56,773 bases of DNA, from contig JBIKPT010000002.1 of assembly GCA_044357355.1 (NCBI GenBank), forward strand, positions 1 to 56,773. Reading direction: 5' to 3'. This DNA is from Chitinophagales bacterium (GTDB lineage Bacteria > Bacteroidota > Bacteroidia > Chitinophagales > JADIYW01). Both the position numbers and the translations under genes were made by a program. This document shows positions 35,276-45,387 of this stretch, piece by piece. The notes beneath the pieces are model-generated. The model saw nothing but the letters and a program-made list of their open reading frames with translations, made no database searches and had not been told where the DNA came from. Every line of letters starts with the position of its first letter. Position 1 is the first letter of the stretch.

Positions 35276-36297
35276 GCAGATTCTTCGGTTGTACCGGCAA
35301 ACTCGTTGGCATATATTCTTGCCATTAATAATAAATAGGACACCAGTAAAGGACCGAAAATCAAGCCGATAAAACCAAATAATTTCAATCCGGTGATGAC
35401 ACCAAATAAGGTAATAAGCGGATGAATATTGGCAAATGCTTTTAGTAAAAATAAACGCAATACATTATCTACATTCAAAACGACGACCGCACAATAAATG
35501 GCTAATCCGGTAGCAGCAGAGGTATTTCCACCAGCGTATAAATAGACCACCAGCGGAATCCAGATTAAACCGGAACCTACAAACGGAATGACAGAACACA
35601 CACAGGTAATAAAACCCCAAAGCATCGGATCGTTGATTCCAAAAATTGAGTAACCAATGTAGGCACAGAATCCTTGTGCAATTGCCAGCACGGGAATTCC
35701 AATAGCATAAGATGTAACAATATTTTTAGTTTCAGAAGTTACCTTTTGCTTGTTTTCCGGCTTCAGCGGAATATACCTCAACAACGAAGATTCTATTTTT
35801 TGAGCATTGCCCAACATGAAAAACAACACAAAATACATAGTGCTGATATTGAAAAATAAATTGGCTGCCGTACTTAGAAAATCAGGTAAATACGATGAAA
35901 CGATGCCCGGAATATTGCTCATATTTTTTTCAGACAACAATTCGATTCCTGTTGCTGCATCAATGCGTTGTATAATTTCTTTAACACCCTGAAATAACTC
36001 TTGCGCATTTTCGGTAAAGTTTTGCAATTTAGGCACTACGAAGATGGTGGCCAAACCAAAAGGAATGAGCAGAATGATTGCGTCAACAAGCATTAACAAC
36101 AAGGCAGCCAGATAGCGGTTCCATTTTCGCTGATAAATGAGATTGTATAAAAATTTCCTGTTTAAAACATACAGTGTAACACCACCTAACAATCCCGGAA
36201 TTAAAAATCGCACCTGAATAAAAATAAGAATTGCCAGTGAGAGCAGAATGACAAAGAAAATAACCTGTCTGAACCGTTCGTTAAATGAATTTTGCAT
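35272..36297 (-). CDS. AI-2E family (PerM/UPF0118) transporter
   Basis: 341 aa polytopic membrane protein with the typical C-terminal ...IPFVGSGLIWIP... and ...HPLITLFGVITG...GFIGLIFGP segments. Confidence 0.75.
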   Translation of the reverse strand: MQNSFNERFRQVIFFVILLSLAILIFIQVRFLIPGLLGGVTLYVLNRKFLYNLIYQRKWNRYLAALLLMLVDAIILLIPFGLATIFVVPKLQNFTENAQELFQGVKEIIQRIDAATGIELLSEKNMSNIPGIVSSYLPDFLSTAANLFFNISTMYFVLFFMLGNAQKIESSLLRYIPLKPENKQKVTSETKNIVTSYAIGIPVLAIAQGFCAYIGYSIFGINDPMLWGFITCVCSVIPFVGSGLIWIPLVVYLYAGGNTSAATGLAIYCAVVVLNVDNVLRLFLLKAFANIHPLITLFGVITGLKLFGFIGLIFGPLLVSYLLLMARIYANEFAGTTEESA

Positions 36298-36510
36298 AAG
36301 TAATGGAAAGATAAATCAAAAAATTAAAAAAAAATTTCTTTCTTTTTGAACTTTTTTAAGAAAAGCGTTGTTTTATTAATACTTACTCAATATACCAGAG
36401 TATTTTATCTCATAATAGTGTGTGTTGGCGGCCTCTCTGGTCGCCATTTTATTTTTAAAAAATGGAGATATTTTCTGTAAAAATACACTAAACGGGAAAA
36501 CGAAAACCGC

Positions 36511-37281
36511 TTACTCTTTAGGTTTTATATATGATTTTGTGTACGGTAAAATATATTTTACTTTTTTAGGCTTTCCGGCATCTGTTGCCGGAAGGAATGC
36601 CGGAAGTTTTTTTATGGCAGCGACAATACTTTCTTCACAAACCTTACAGTTGGATTTTATCAATGAGATATCAGACAAGGCTCCTTTTTCATCTACAAAG
36701 AAAGAAAAGTATACTTTGTATAATTTATCCGTGTCGCTTGGTTTTGCGTCTTTTGGCAGCACCACATTTTTATCTAAGAATTTTTGTAATGCGCCTGCAC
36801 CGCCGGGAAAATCAACATTTTTATAGCCTTTTCCCTGATTGTCATACGATTTCAAAATAGAATCTGTTTTTCTGAAAAAGTCGCATTTAAACACAGAATC
36901 CAGTTTTGACTGAAACGCTTCATTATAGCATCTTTTAAAGTCTGCGCTGGTGTCCAGAGCTTGAGATTTAGTTATTGATGCTTTACCTGCATCCATACCA
37001 ATTTTCATAGATAATTCTTTAGAACCTGCGGCTGTATCTTTAATTACGGCTGTAACAGGAGCATTTTTTACCTGAATTTTCTGATAATTATCCTTGGTTA
37101 TTTTGTAGTAATGAACCACTTTAGGGTTACTTTTACTTGGTAAATAAAAATTGAGCTCACCACGTTTAAATTGCGTTTTCATACTGTCTTTAGCTGCAGT
37201 ACATATAGCAGTATTTTGAGCATTAGACAGCGTGGAAAATAAAAAAAGGAAAGAAAAAATAAACGTTGTTTTATAATACAT
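36511..37281 (-). CDS. Secreted protein with TonB-C-like C-terminal domain
   Basis: ATG at 37281, chosen to avoid overlap with ridA. Signal peptide ...STLSNAQ. C-terminal FPGGAGALQKFLDKNVVLP...VYFSFFVDEKGALSDI resembles the TonB C-terminal fold. Confidence 0.5.
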   Translation of the reverse strand: MYYKTTFIFSFLFLFSTLSNAQNTAICTAAKDSMKTQFKRGELNFYLPSKSNPKVVHYYKITKDNYQKIQVKNAPVTAVIKDTAAGSKELSMKIGMDAGKASITKSQALDTSADFKRCYNEAFQSKLDSVFKCDFFRKTDSILKSYDNQGKGYKNVDFPGGAGALQKFLDKNVVLPKDAKPSDTDKLYKVYFSFFVDEKGALSDISLIKSNCKVCEESIVAAIKKLPAFLPATDAGKPKKVKYILPYTKSYIKPKE

Positions 37282-37327
37282 GGTGTTTTTATTTACAGAT
37301 AAAGTTGACATAATTTTCTTTTTTACA

Positions 37328-37708
37328 TTATCGTACGGCAATACAAGATATTTCTACATTGGCGTTTTTTGGCAGCACACTCACTTCTACGGTTTCTCTT
37401 GCCGGCGGACTGCTTTTAAAATATTTACCATACATTTCATTCACTTTTGGAAAATCGTGCATGTCTGTTAAAAAGATAGAACATTTCACCACATTGGAAA
37501 AATCCATTTCAGCAGCATGCAAGATAGCTTTTATATTTTCCATAACCTGCTGTGTTTCTTCGGTGATTCCGTCTTTTATCATAGCACCGGAAAAAGCATC
37601 TATTGGTATTTGTCCAGAAACAAACAGCATACCATTAATATATACTGCCTGCGAATATGGACCAATGGGTTCAGGTGCATCGTCTGTATAAATAATTTTA
37701 CGTGCCAT
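37328..37708 (-). CDS. ridA: RidA/YjgF-family reactive intermediate deaminase
   Basis: APEPIGPYSQAV...GQIP...PARETVEV. Confidence 0.9.
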   Translation of the reverse strand: MARKIIYTDDAPEPIGPYSQAVYINGMLFVSGQIPIDAFSGAMIKDGITEETQQVMENIKAILHAAEMDFSNVVKCSIFLTDMHDFPKVNEMYGKYFKSSPPARETVEVSVLPKNANVEISCIAVR

Positions 37709-37782
37709 AATAACTATCAAAAGTACGAAAATTCAGAAAAAGTAAGTGTGAAAGTTTCTTAATAAAACAGGAAGGTAATTTA

Positions 37783-38526
37783 TTATTTCTCTTCTTTTTT
37801 CTTGTAGACAGCATCTATATACCACATTTCATTTTTGTAAATAAATTCTACAATGTGCTTTTTGGTCTCTTCGTCGTATTTGGAAAACAGATCGTATCCT
37901 TTTTTTAATAAAGTTTTTCCGAGTTTTATACCGTTAATTTCCTTTTGAGGAAATACCTCCGGTTTGTTTTCCATGGTATGAATAACGTGGTCTAAGATGT
38001 CCAGTGTTTTTGCCAGCAACACGGTATTAACCATTGCACCAAACAAGCTTTTTACATCGTGTATGAATTTTTCAATGTCTTCGCGTGGCAGCTGATACAT
38101 GGTATCTTCAAAATCTTCGTCGCTCATAGGCGGAAGGATACCGTTTTTATTGGCAATTTCAGCCATATGCGTTTCAAAATTTTTTGCACCCATAAAGGAA
38201 TCCAGCGAGTCCATGCCTGCTTTCAGGGCCACCATAAAATGTCTGCCGAACTTGAATAATGCACGTGCCATATCGCCGAACAGGTTCCACATTTTACGTG
38301 GCTGTTTTACGTAATCCGCTAAGTCTTTAAAGGCCTCTTCCAGTTCTTTTCGCTCCGGAGCCGGCGGATAAATAGTAGATAAAAAGTAATTTTCGATTTC
38401 ATCAATTACTTCTTCCGTAATAGCCGGCGGCAAATCAAAACGTTGTTTCAATTCATTAAAATCATAGCGTTTTTCCACCATTTCCCGGAACTTCTCTATG
38501 ATATGGTAATCCTGCGTTTCAGCCAT
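37783..38526 (-). CDS. Conserved hypothetical protein
   Basis: 247-aa helical, acidic ORF with no recognisable motif. Confidence 0.55.
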   Translation of the reverse strand: MAETQDYHIIEKFREMVEKRYDFNELKQRFDLPPAITEEVIDEIENYFLSTIYPPAPERKELEEAFKDLADYVKQPRKMWNLFGDMARALFKFGRHFMVALKAGMDSLDSFMGAKNFETHMAEIANKNGILPPMSDEDFEDTMYQLPREDIEKFIHDVKSLFGAMVNTVLLAKTLDILDHVIHTMENKPEVFPQKEINGIKLGKTLLKKGYDLFSKYDEETKKHIVEFIYKNEMWYIDAVYKKKEEK

Positions 38527-38561
38527 GAGATTTTATTTGTTCAAAAATAATAAAAACAGCC

Positions 38562-40166
38562 TTATGTTTTTAGAATTATGCCTCCTAATCCAGGTAATAT
38601 CATTTCTTCTCCTGCAAAATCAACAGATTTAACCGAATAAAGGGTTTCTTTAAATTCCTGATTAAATGAAATTCGGTTGCTTGCGTTGCTGAAATTAATC
38701 AGTACCATGATTTTTTCTTGATTATAAGAACGGATAAACGCGAGTATATTTTTGTTCCCTGTATGTACAATTTCAATTTTTCCGCTATGCAATGCAGGAT
38801 TGTTTTTTCTAAGATGTAACAGCTTCTTAAACACATTTAACAATGAATCTTTATCTGTTAATTGCAGATCCACATTTCTCTTCTTCACATCTTTATTGAT
38901 TGGCAACCAGGTTTTTTCCGCAACAGAAAATCCTGCATTTTTCTGATTGTTCCATTGCATCGGTGTTCTGCAATTATCGCGGTTGATGCCTACCGGTAAA
39001 AGGTCTGCAATAAATTGAGGCACCCAGTTATATACTTTCACCATAGGGTCCTTACCTTCCTTTAACGGAATCTTTCCATCTGTCATTCCTATCTCTTCAC
39101 CATAATAGACACAAGGAACAGCACGCATAGTGAATTGCAACAAGGCCAGCAGTTTTGCTTTTTCAAGATGATTTCCGATTCTATGTATACTTCTTAACTG
39201 ATCGTGGTTGCTGAAAACTGCCGTCGGAATATTGGGTGCAGGATAATGGTATTCATATTCCAGTATTTTATTTCTGAAAAAATCTGCGGTGAATTTATAA
39301 AACAAAATATCGAACAGAAACACCAGGTGCAAGCCATCTTGTTTTTTACCCAGGTATTGTTTGATTTTCTCGTGTCCGCCGAACACCTCACCCAACAACA
39401 TCCGTGGAGGATCATTGAACTCATCCATCACACGTCGAAGTTCTTGTGCCAGTTCAAAATTTTCCTCCTGATTCAAAGAATATTTTCGGATTTGAAAATT
39501 GCCACCCGGATGTTCTTCACTTGGAATGATATGAAATAATGAAAACGGATTGTTTTTAAAATCTTTTTCTTTTATGATGCAATTGAAAATATCGAGGCGG
39601 AACCCATCCACGCCTTTTTGCAGCCAGAATCGACAGACATCGAACATGGCTTTTTTCACTTCAGGCTTTCGATAGTTCAAATCCGGCTGAAAAGGTAAAA
39701 AAGATGCATAATAATATTGATTGCGCTCTGCACAAAATTGCCAGCCATTCGGACCAATAATGCTTTTCCAGTTGTTGGGTTGGTCGCGCCAGATATACCA
39801 ATCAACCTTTGGATTATCTTTAGAGGCGCGCGATTCCAGAAACCACGGATGTTTATCTGAAGTATGGTTCATCACCATATCAAACACCACTTTCATATTG
39901 CGCTGATGAATTTCTGCTATCAGTTGTTCCACATCCTGCAAGGTGCCATATTCCGGAGCGATGCTGTAATAATCAGAAATATCGTAGCCGAAATCTTCCT
40001 GAGGAGAACTGTAAAAAGGAGAAATCCAGATGGTTTCAAAACCAAGGTCTTTGATGTAATCCAGTTTTTGAATAATACCCTGAATATCGCCGATGCCATC
40101 ACCGTTGCTGTCGTAAAACGACCGCGGATAAATCTGATATATGGTAGTGGTAGCGTGCCAGGACAT
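38562..40166 (-). CDS. GH13 alpha-glucosidase / oligo-1,6-glucosidase-type alpha-amylase family enzyme
   Basis: IYQIYPRSFYDSNGDGIGDIQG, DMVMNHTS, GFRLDIFN, GEVF and SNHDQ are conserved regions I-IV. Confidence 0.9.
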   Translation of the reverse strand: MSWHATTTIYQIYPRSFYDSNGDGIGDIQGIIQKLDYIKDLGFETIWISPFYSSPQEDFGYDISDYYSIAPEYGTLQDVEQLIAEIHQRNMKVVFDMVMNHTSDKHPWFLESRASKDNPKVDWYIWRDQPNNWKSIIGPNGWQFCAERNQYYYASFLPFQPDLNYRKPEVKKAMFDVCRFWLQKGVDGFRLDIFNCIIKEKDFKNNPFSLFHIIPSEEHPGGNFQIRKYSLNQEENFELAQELRRVMDEFNDPPRMLLGEVFGGHEKIKQYLGKKQDGLHLVFLFDILFYKFTADFFRNKILEYEYHYPAPNIPTAVFSNHDQLRSIHRIGNHLEKAKLLALLQFTMRAVPCVYYGEEIGMTDGKIPLKEGKDPMVKVYNWVPQFIADLLPVGINRDNCRTPMQWNNQKNAGFSVAEKTWLPINKDVKKRNVDLQLTDKDSLLNVFKKLLHLRKNNPALHSGKIEIVHTGNKNILAFIRSYNQEKIMVLINFSNASNRISFNQEFKETLYSVKSVDFAGEEMILPGLGGIILKT

Positions 40167-40187
40167 CTGACGTGAAAATACTAAAAA

Positions 40188-41576
40188 TTACACAGCCTGA
40201 CTAAACTTCGGAGTATCTTGTTTTGGATTCAGCTTGTCGTCATTCATTTTTTTATCAAAAACAGCACAAATATTTCTGAGAAAACTCCAGCCTAAAGGAG
40301 TTACCTGCAGGTGACTATTTTCCCACTCTATTAATCCGTCTTTTTGTAAATCGTTTAACTGATTTTCCATTATTGGTGTCAAGGTAATTTCATGTGTCCA
40401 GTCTGTTTTTCCTTTGCAGGCAATATTCAGAATATGTTTGCGGTAAAGAATGTCTTCGTCGCTTACATTAATGCCGCGATGTACAGGCAGCAGACCTTTG
40501 TTGACAGCTTCATAATAATCTTCTACTGTTTTATAATTCTGACGAAACCCGTAGAAGACATCGCTGATGGCAGAAACTCCTAATCCTATTAAGACGTCTG
40601 TATTGGTAGTGGTGTAACCCATAAAATTTCTGTGCAGCGTTCCATTTTGTTTGCTGATGAGTAAGCCATCTCCTGCCAATGCGAAATGGTCCATGCCTAC
40701 ATCTGTATATCCTGCTGCTGCAAATAATTCCTGACCTAATTCATACAAAGCAAATTTATCTTTTCCTTTCGGCAAATCATTTTCGTCATACGCGCGTTGT
40801 GATTTTTGAGTCCAGGGAACATGCGCATAACTATAGAAGGCAATTCTGTTGGGTTGAAGAGTAATAACCGTTTCTATTGTTTTCCGAATACTATCTGTTG
40901 TTTGGAACGGCAATCCATATATTAAATCGAAGTTGACAGATTCGTAGCCGATTTCTCGCGCCCATTCCGTTACCTGTTTGGTTTTTTCAAACGGCTGAAT
41001 GCGGTTAATGGCGGTCTGCACTTTTATATCTAAATCCTGCACGCCAAAACTCACCCGGCGAAATCCAATTGTATACAGAGATTGCAACTGCTCTTTTGTG
41101 GTGTTGTTTGGATGTCCTTCAAAACTGAATTCACGTTCCGGATGTATGCTGACGTCTTTGAATAATGCTGTCATTAAATACACCAGATTTTCCGGACAGA
41201 AAAAGGTTGGAGTTCCGCCGCCTAAATGCAATTCACGAATAACCAGATTTTTGCCGAATATTTTTTTATAGTGTGACCACTCTTTTAAAAGCGCTTCTAT
41301 ATAGGTAGTTTCTACCGAATGGTTTTTGGTGATGCGTTTGTTGCATCCGCAATAGGTACAAAGTTGTTCGCAAAAAGGAAGGTGTATATATAAACTGATG
41401 CCTTCTGTCGTTTTAGTTGCTTGTATAGCTTTTTGAATTTGCAGTGTCCAGTCTGCAGTATCCGTTAAATTATCTTTCCAGTAAGGCACTGTTGGATAGC
41501 TGGTATATCTTGGAATAGGAATATTATATTTATCAATTAATGCAAATGGTAACACTGGTTTGTATTTACAGGACAA
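40188..41576 (-). CDS. hemN: Oxygen-independent coproporphyrinogen III oxidase (radical SAM)
   Basis: PRYTSYPT, CEQLCTYCGC (CxxxCxxC) and GGGTP. The start codon is uncertain, either the TTG at 41576 or a downstream GTG. Confidence 0.9.
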   Translation of the reverse strand: MSCKYKPVLPFALIDKYNIPIPRYTSYPTVPYWKDNLTDTADWTLQIQKAIQATKTTEGISLYIHLPFCEQLCTYCGCNKRITKNHSVETTYIEALLKEWSHYKKIFGKNLVIRELHLGGGTPTFFCPENLVYLMTALFKDVSIHPEREFSFEGHPNNTTKEQLQSLYTIGFRRVSFGVQDLDIKVQTAINRIQPFEKTKQVTEWAREIGYESVNFDLIYGLPFQTTDSIRKTIETVITLQPNRIAFYSYAHVPWTQKSQRAYDENDLPKGKDKFALYELGQELFAAAGYTDVGMDHFALAGDGLLISKQNGTLHRNFMGYTTTNTDVLIGLGVSAISDVFYGFRQNYKTVEDYYEAVNKGLLPVHRGINVSDEDILYRKHILNIACKGKTDWTHEITLTPIMENQLNDLQKDGLIEWENSHLQVTPLGWSFLRNICAVFDKKMNDDKLNPKQDTPKFSQAV

Positions 41577-41623
41577 AAATAGAAGGAAAAACCGGTGTTT
41601 TTATATGATTCTTATCAGCTTTA

Positions 41624-42223
41624 TTATGGCATCATATCACCTAGTGCCTGTTTCAGTGAGTCTTCGCTTTCTGTAAGGTGTTTTTTTACATTCAGGCGGT
41701 CTTTTTCACTTTTATTTTGGTTGAGTTTTTCTTTTGCCTGCAATTTTGTTACCGTTATTTCGAACGCTACAATGCCTTTTAATAAACCATCAATATACTT
41801 TTTATCCAGCGTATTAAATTGTTCAATAAAGCCTGCTTCAAAAAATTGCATTTGTTTATGTAAAACGTTTAATTTTTCTTCGTCACTATTCTGTAATATC
41901 ATTTTTCCGTATGCATGTACAGCCACATAATTCCAAGTAGGCACATTTTGTTGTTGCTCATATAAAGAAGGTGATATGTATGCGTGTGGTTCTGAAAAAA
42001 TCACCAAGACGTCTTTCTCAGAAATTGTTTTCCATTGTTCATTGGCTTTGCTCATATGAGAAATCAACACGATTTCATTTTCTCTTTCTTCAACAACAAA
42101 TGGTAAATGTGTTGCAATCGGAATATCCTCTTTTACCGAAATAACAATAGCAAAATTATACGCATTCATAAATGCGATGCTCTTTTTGCGGTCCTTTTGT
42201 TCAAAATGTTTTGGTATATACAT
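41624..42223 (-). CDS. PaiB-family FMN-binding negative transcriptional regulator
   Basis: MYIPKHFEQKD... N-terminus and overall ~200-aa layout typical of PaiB. Confidence 0.65.
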   Translation of the reverse strand: MYIPKHFEQKDRKKSIAFMNAYNFAIVISVKEDIPIATHLPFVVEERENEIVLISHMSKANEQWKTISEKDVLVIFSEPHAYISPSLYEQQQNVPTWNYVAVHAYGKMILQNSDEEKLNVLHKQMQFFEAGFIEQFNTLDKKYIDGLLKGIVAFEITVTKLQAKEKLNQNKSEKDRLNVKKHLTESEDSLKQALGDMMP

Positions 42224-42262
42224 ACTAGTTGTTAGTCGTGAGTAATAAACTGTACCTGTATT

Positions 42263-43246
42263 TTACCACGTAGAAATAGTTTTTATGAACAAGGTATCTC
42301 TGTTGTCAATCGTTTTATCTGCTGTTCTTATTTTAATATTTCCACTACCTGCAAACTCAATCAGATTTTGACGAGCCTCAAACACCTCTTCACTCGGTGC
42401 GATGAAGGTTGCCAGTTGCTGCCATTTGCCTCGTTTGAAGCTGTATAAAATGACTTCACCAACTTGTCCATCCGGTTTTTTTATAACAATTGAAAAATCA
42501 TCAGAACCATCTCCGTCGACATCATTTTCATTCAACACATTTACACCGACACAATTTGGAAGTACAATTTCGGGTAAATCCATATTCGTAAATGAGATTT
42601 TTGTTTCAGTACTTAAATAGTTTTTACTGCTGTCCATTTCTGGTTTCAACACAATCAGGTCTTCGTTTTCACCATCGCCGTTGAAGTCACCGGAAGACAG
42701 ACTTTCACTCTCCTGAAAATTTTCGAACAGCGAAACAAGCTCCGGCCGAAGGTCTGCTTCTTTGTCGCTTTCAACAATAATACGCCAGGTGCTGTCGGCT
42801 TGTTTTTTAAAAATAAGATAAGAGTGATACACATTTGGTTTACTGTTGATAGTTACCAGTTTCAAAAACTCGCATTTATAGTCGCCTGTATCAGATGCAT
42901 AAATACCGATGCGACCAACAATTCTTTCGCGATAGGTGTCTGCATGTTTTATTTTATATTTTTTAGAAGCCAGAACGGATGGACGAGGAATTCTTTTTTT
43001 AAAAAATAAAACAGGATCATTATAATAATTTTCAAGACTGTCGATGTGTATACTATCATGTAATGAATTCCATTGGTATACCAGATCAATTACAGTTTGC
43101 TGCTCACCCGGCAACATTTTGTACGATTCTTTTATATTGTCTGCCTCCACTTTTTCAGTATCATTTTTTTCATTCTTGCAAGATGAACAGGCACTTAAAA
43201 AAATGCTGATAACGATACAAACGGATAGGATAATTTTCTTTTTCAC
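42263..43246 (-). CDS. Hypothetical lipoprotein with FG-GAP/Ca-binding-like DxDGD motifs
   Basis: The GTG at 43246 gives (M)KKKIILSVCIVISIFLSACSS. SGDFNGDGENEDLIV and NENDVDGDGSDDFSIV are present. Confidence 0.5.
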   Translation of the reverse strand: MKKKIILSVCIVISIFLSACSSCKNEKNDTEKVEADNIKESYKMLPGEQQTVIDLVYQWNSLHDSIHIDSLENYYNDPVLFFKKRIPRPSVLASKKYKIKHADTYRERIVGRIGIYASDTGDYKCEFLKLVTINSKPNVYHSYLIFKKQADSTWRIIVESDKEADLRPELVSLFENFQESESLSSGDFNGDGENEDLIVLKPEMDSSKNYLSTETKISFTNMDLPEIVLPNCVGVNVLNENDVDGDGSDDFSIVIKKPDGQVGEVILYSFKRGKWQQLATFIAPSEEVFEARQNLIEFAGSGNIKIRTADKTIDNRDTLFIKTISTW

Positions 43247-43916
43247 TGTTTTATTTTCACACGAAAGATAAGAAAATGAATGATGCCAGATACAAGAAAA
43301 GAAGTTATTTTTTATTTGTCCTTGCATCATTTTCTTTTTGTTACATGCATTTATAATGATTCTGGTTTTAAGAAAGTTTATAAAAATCCGCAGCGATAAA
43401 AATATTTTTCATTCACTGACGCGATTTATTTTATCCACTGAAATAAACATCTGTTGTTTTTACATGCGTTTATTTTGCGAAGAGCACTATATTTTTTACA
43501 GAAAAAAATAATGAAAACGACGCAACATTTGAATGAAATCTTTTCATACAAGATAAGGCTTTTAAAATTTATTACTGCTGATTGTCTTTCAAAACACTAT
43601 TGTTTACTACTAGTTTCAAGCGAAACAAAAAATCTGTAAAAATAATTTTTGAGTTAACAAGCTCGCTAAAAATACCTGACAACATTTTTATTTAAAAAGA
43701 AAGAACAAGATTTTAAAGACTAAAAAAGCGAGTTTTACGTTATCCACAATTATCAACATTTATGAATAACTCAGGTATTGTATAAAATGAATATTGTATT
43801 ACTTTTATATTGCAGAATAGTTAAAGGAGTATTTCAATCTGCAGATAAATAATAAAGTGCTCCAACAGAAAAGTTTCAACTGTTTAAAAATGAAACAAAA
43901 AACAAAATAAAAAACA

Positions 43917-44195
43917 ATGGCAAAGAAAACAGCAAGCGCAAAGCCAGCAGCAAAAAAAGCAGCAGCTCCAGCTAAGAAAGCGGTAGCGAAAAAAGCTCCA
44001 GCGAAAAAAGCAGCAGCTCCAGCTAAGAAAGCAGTAGCGAAAAAAGCTCCAGCAAAAAAAGCGGCAGCTCCAGCTAAGAAAGCAGTAGCGAAAAAAGCTC
44101 CAGCAAAAAAAGCGGCAGCTCCAGCGAAAAAAGCAGTAGCGAAAAAAGCTCCAGCTAAGAAAGCGGTAGCGAAAAAAGCTCCAGCAAAAAAGTAA
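43917..44195 (+). CDS. Histone H1-like Lys/Ala-rich repetitive DNA-binding protein
   Basis: 92 aa made almost entirely of AKKAAAPAKKAVAKKAP units. Confidence 0.75.
   Translation: MAKKTASAKPAAKKAAAPAKKAVAKKAPAKKAAAPAKKAVAKKAPAKKAAAPAKKAVAKKAPAKKAAAPAKKAVAKKAPAKKAVAKKAPAKK
43959..44192 (+). repeat. 51-bp tandem repeat (~4.6 copies) inside the histone-like CDS
   Basis: Units start at 43959, 44010, 44061 and 44112. They differ only at a few mostly synonymous positions. Confidence 0.9.
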
Positions 44196-44220
44196 TCGCA
44201 AACTTGCGATGAAAACAATA

Positions 44221-44255
44221 AACCCGATGTCATAAGACATCGGGTTTTGTTTTTG
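44221..44255. terminator. Bidirectional stem-loop terminator between the histone-like gene and the SDR gene
   Basis: AACCCGATGTC-ataa-GACATCGGGTT followed by TTGTTTTTG. An A/T tract on the other side serves the convergent gene. Confidence 0.8.
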
Positions 44256-44301
44256 TATTCTTTTAAAGAATTAGTTTATGTAATAAGATTCTTCACTTTG
44301 T

Positions 44302-45162
44302 TCAGAATGACAAGAATGAGAATTCACTTTTACGCTCACTTTCTTTCCACAATATTTCCTGTATGTTTTTATCATAAGAAATCGCAGATGATTTTTTTGC
44401 TTTGCAATTATGAAAATATTCACCGCTTGTATTTTTAACCTCACCGCAACTTGCAAGATAAATATGCGAGCTGGCACCTTTCTCTACCGTTAGTCCAAAT
44501 AATTTTGAAGCCGCATTCCAAACGAATCCGAAAAAGGCATTTCCATTTTTATTGCCAATTGGTGTGTACACAAAACCAGGATGCAAGGCATTGACAGTAA
44601 TATTAAACGGCTTCGCTTTTTCAGCTAATGCATAAGTAAATAAAACATTTGCCAGTTTGCTTTGCTCGTAAGCGCTCATTACAAAGTATCTGCCTTTCTT
44701 TTTGTAGAATGATTCCACATCGATATTTTTTGCACTACAATGAGAATCACTGGCAACATTTACGATTCTTGCTTCTGTTCCGGCTTTTAATAAATCAAAC
44801 AAATAGTAAGTCAGCCAGAAATAATTAAAGTGGTTGTTGGCCATTGTCATTTCAATGCCGTCTTCGGATAACTGAAAATCGGAAAAAACACCACCTGCAT
44901 TGTTCAGCAATACGTCCAGTTTGCTGAAGTCTTTTTTAATTTGTGTGGCAACCGTCTCCACAGATTTTTGAACGGCTAAATTGGCTGTATAGAGATGTAT
45001 GTTCTGGTTTCCTGAAAAGGATTTGATATCTGCAACGGCCTGTTCGCCTTTTTCTTTATTGCGGCACAACAGAATTATTTCGTGGCCTTGTTTTGCCAAT
45101 TGTCTGGCGGCTTCGAAACCTAAACCGGAATTAGCACCGGAAATGAGGATTGTTTTTTGCAT
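44302..45162 (-). CDS. Short-chain dehydrogenase/reductase (SDR)
   Basis: ILISGANSGLGFEAA (Rossmann), NNAG, and SAYEQSKLA (YxxxK). Confidence 0.85.
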   Translation of the reverse strand: MQKTILISGANSGLGFEAARQLAKQGHEIILLCRNKEKGEQAVADIKSFSGNQNIHLYTANLAVQKSVETVATQIKKDFSKLDVLLNNAGGVFSDFQLSEDGIEMTMANNHFNYFWLTYYLFDLLKAGTEARIVNVASDSHCSAKNIDVESFYKKKGRYFVMSAYEQSKLANVLFTYALAEKAKPFNITVNALHPGFVYTPIGNKNGNAFFGFVWNAASKLFGLTVEKGASSHIYLASCGEVKNTSGEYFHNCKAKKSSAISYDKNIQEILWKESERKSEFSFLSF

Positions 45163-45240
45163 AGTTGGTTATTTTGATTATAACCACAAAGTTAGGCAAA
45201 GTTACTTCGCAAAGAACACAAAGATTGTTTGGTTTTTCAA

Positions 45241-45378
45241 TTAATCAAAAAGATCATCTATTAAACTATCTCTTGATTCTTCATACTTATTTTTATCTTT
45301 TATAGAAAATAAATTTTTAAACCGAATTATCCATAAAAGGATAACAACGAGAAAAACAATTAGAAATATAATTTCCAT
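45241..45378 (-). CDS. Small hypothetical membrane protein (45 aa)
   Basis: Not in the track. ATG at 45378 gives MEIIFLIVFLVVILLWIIRFKNLFSIKDKNKYEESRDSLIDDLFD. It lies 10 nt downstream of the uvrB stop. Confidence 0.3.
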   Translation of the reverse strand: MEIIFLIVFLVVILLWIIRFKNLFSIKDKNKYEESRDSLIDDLFD

Positions 45379-45387
45379 AAAGAAGCT

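Noticed and set aside
43331-43916. Third oriC candidate upstream of the histone-like gene
   Set aside because: Only one perfect TTATCCACA (~43741) and one weak variant (~43432) occur in ~590 bp. That is too sparse compared with the clusters at 26.7 kb and 19.0 kb.
43805-44240. 142-aa and 118-aa minus-strand ORFs (FFAGAFFATAFLAG... repeats)
   Set aside because: These are mirror images of the 51-bp repeat in the histone H1-like gene. The plus-strand Lys/Ala-rich reading has a clean start and stop, a terminator and a known protein class.
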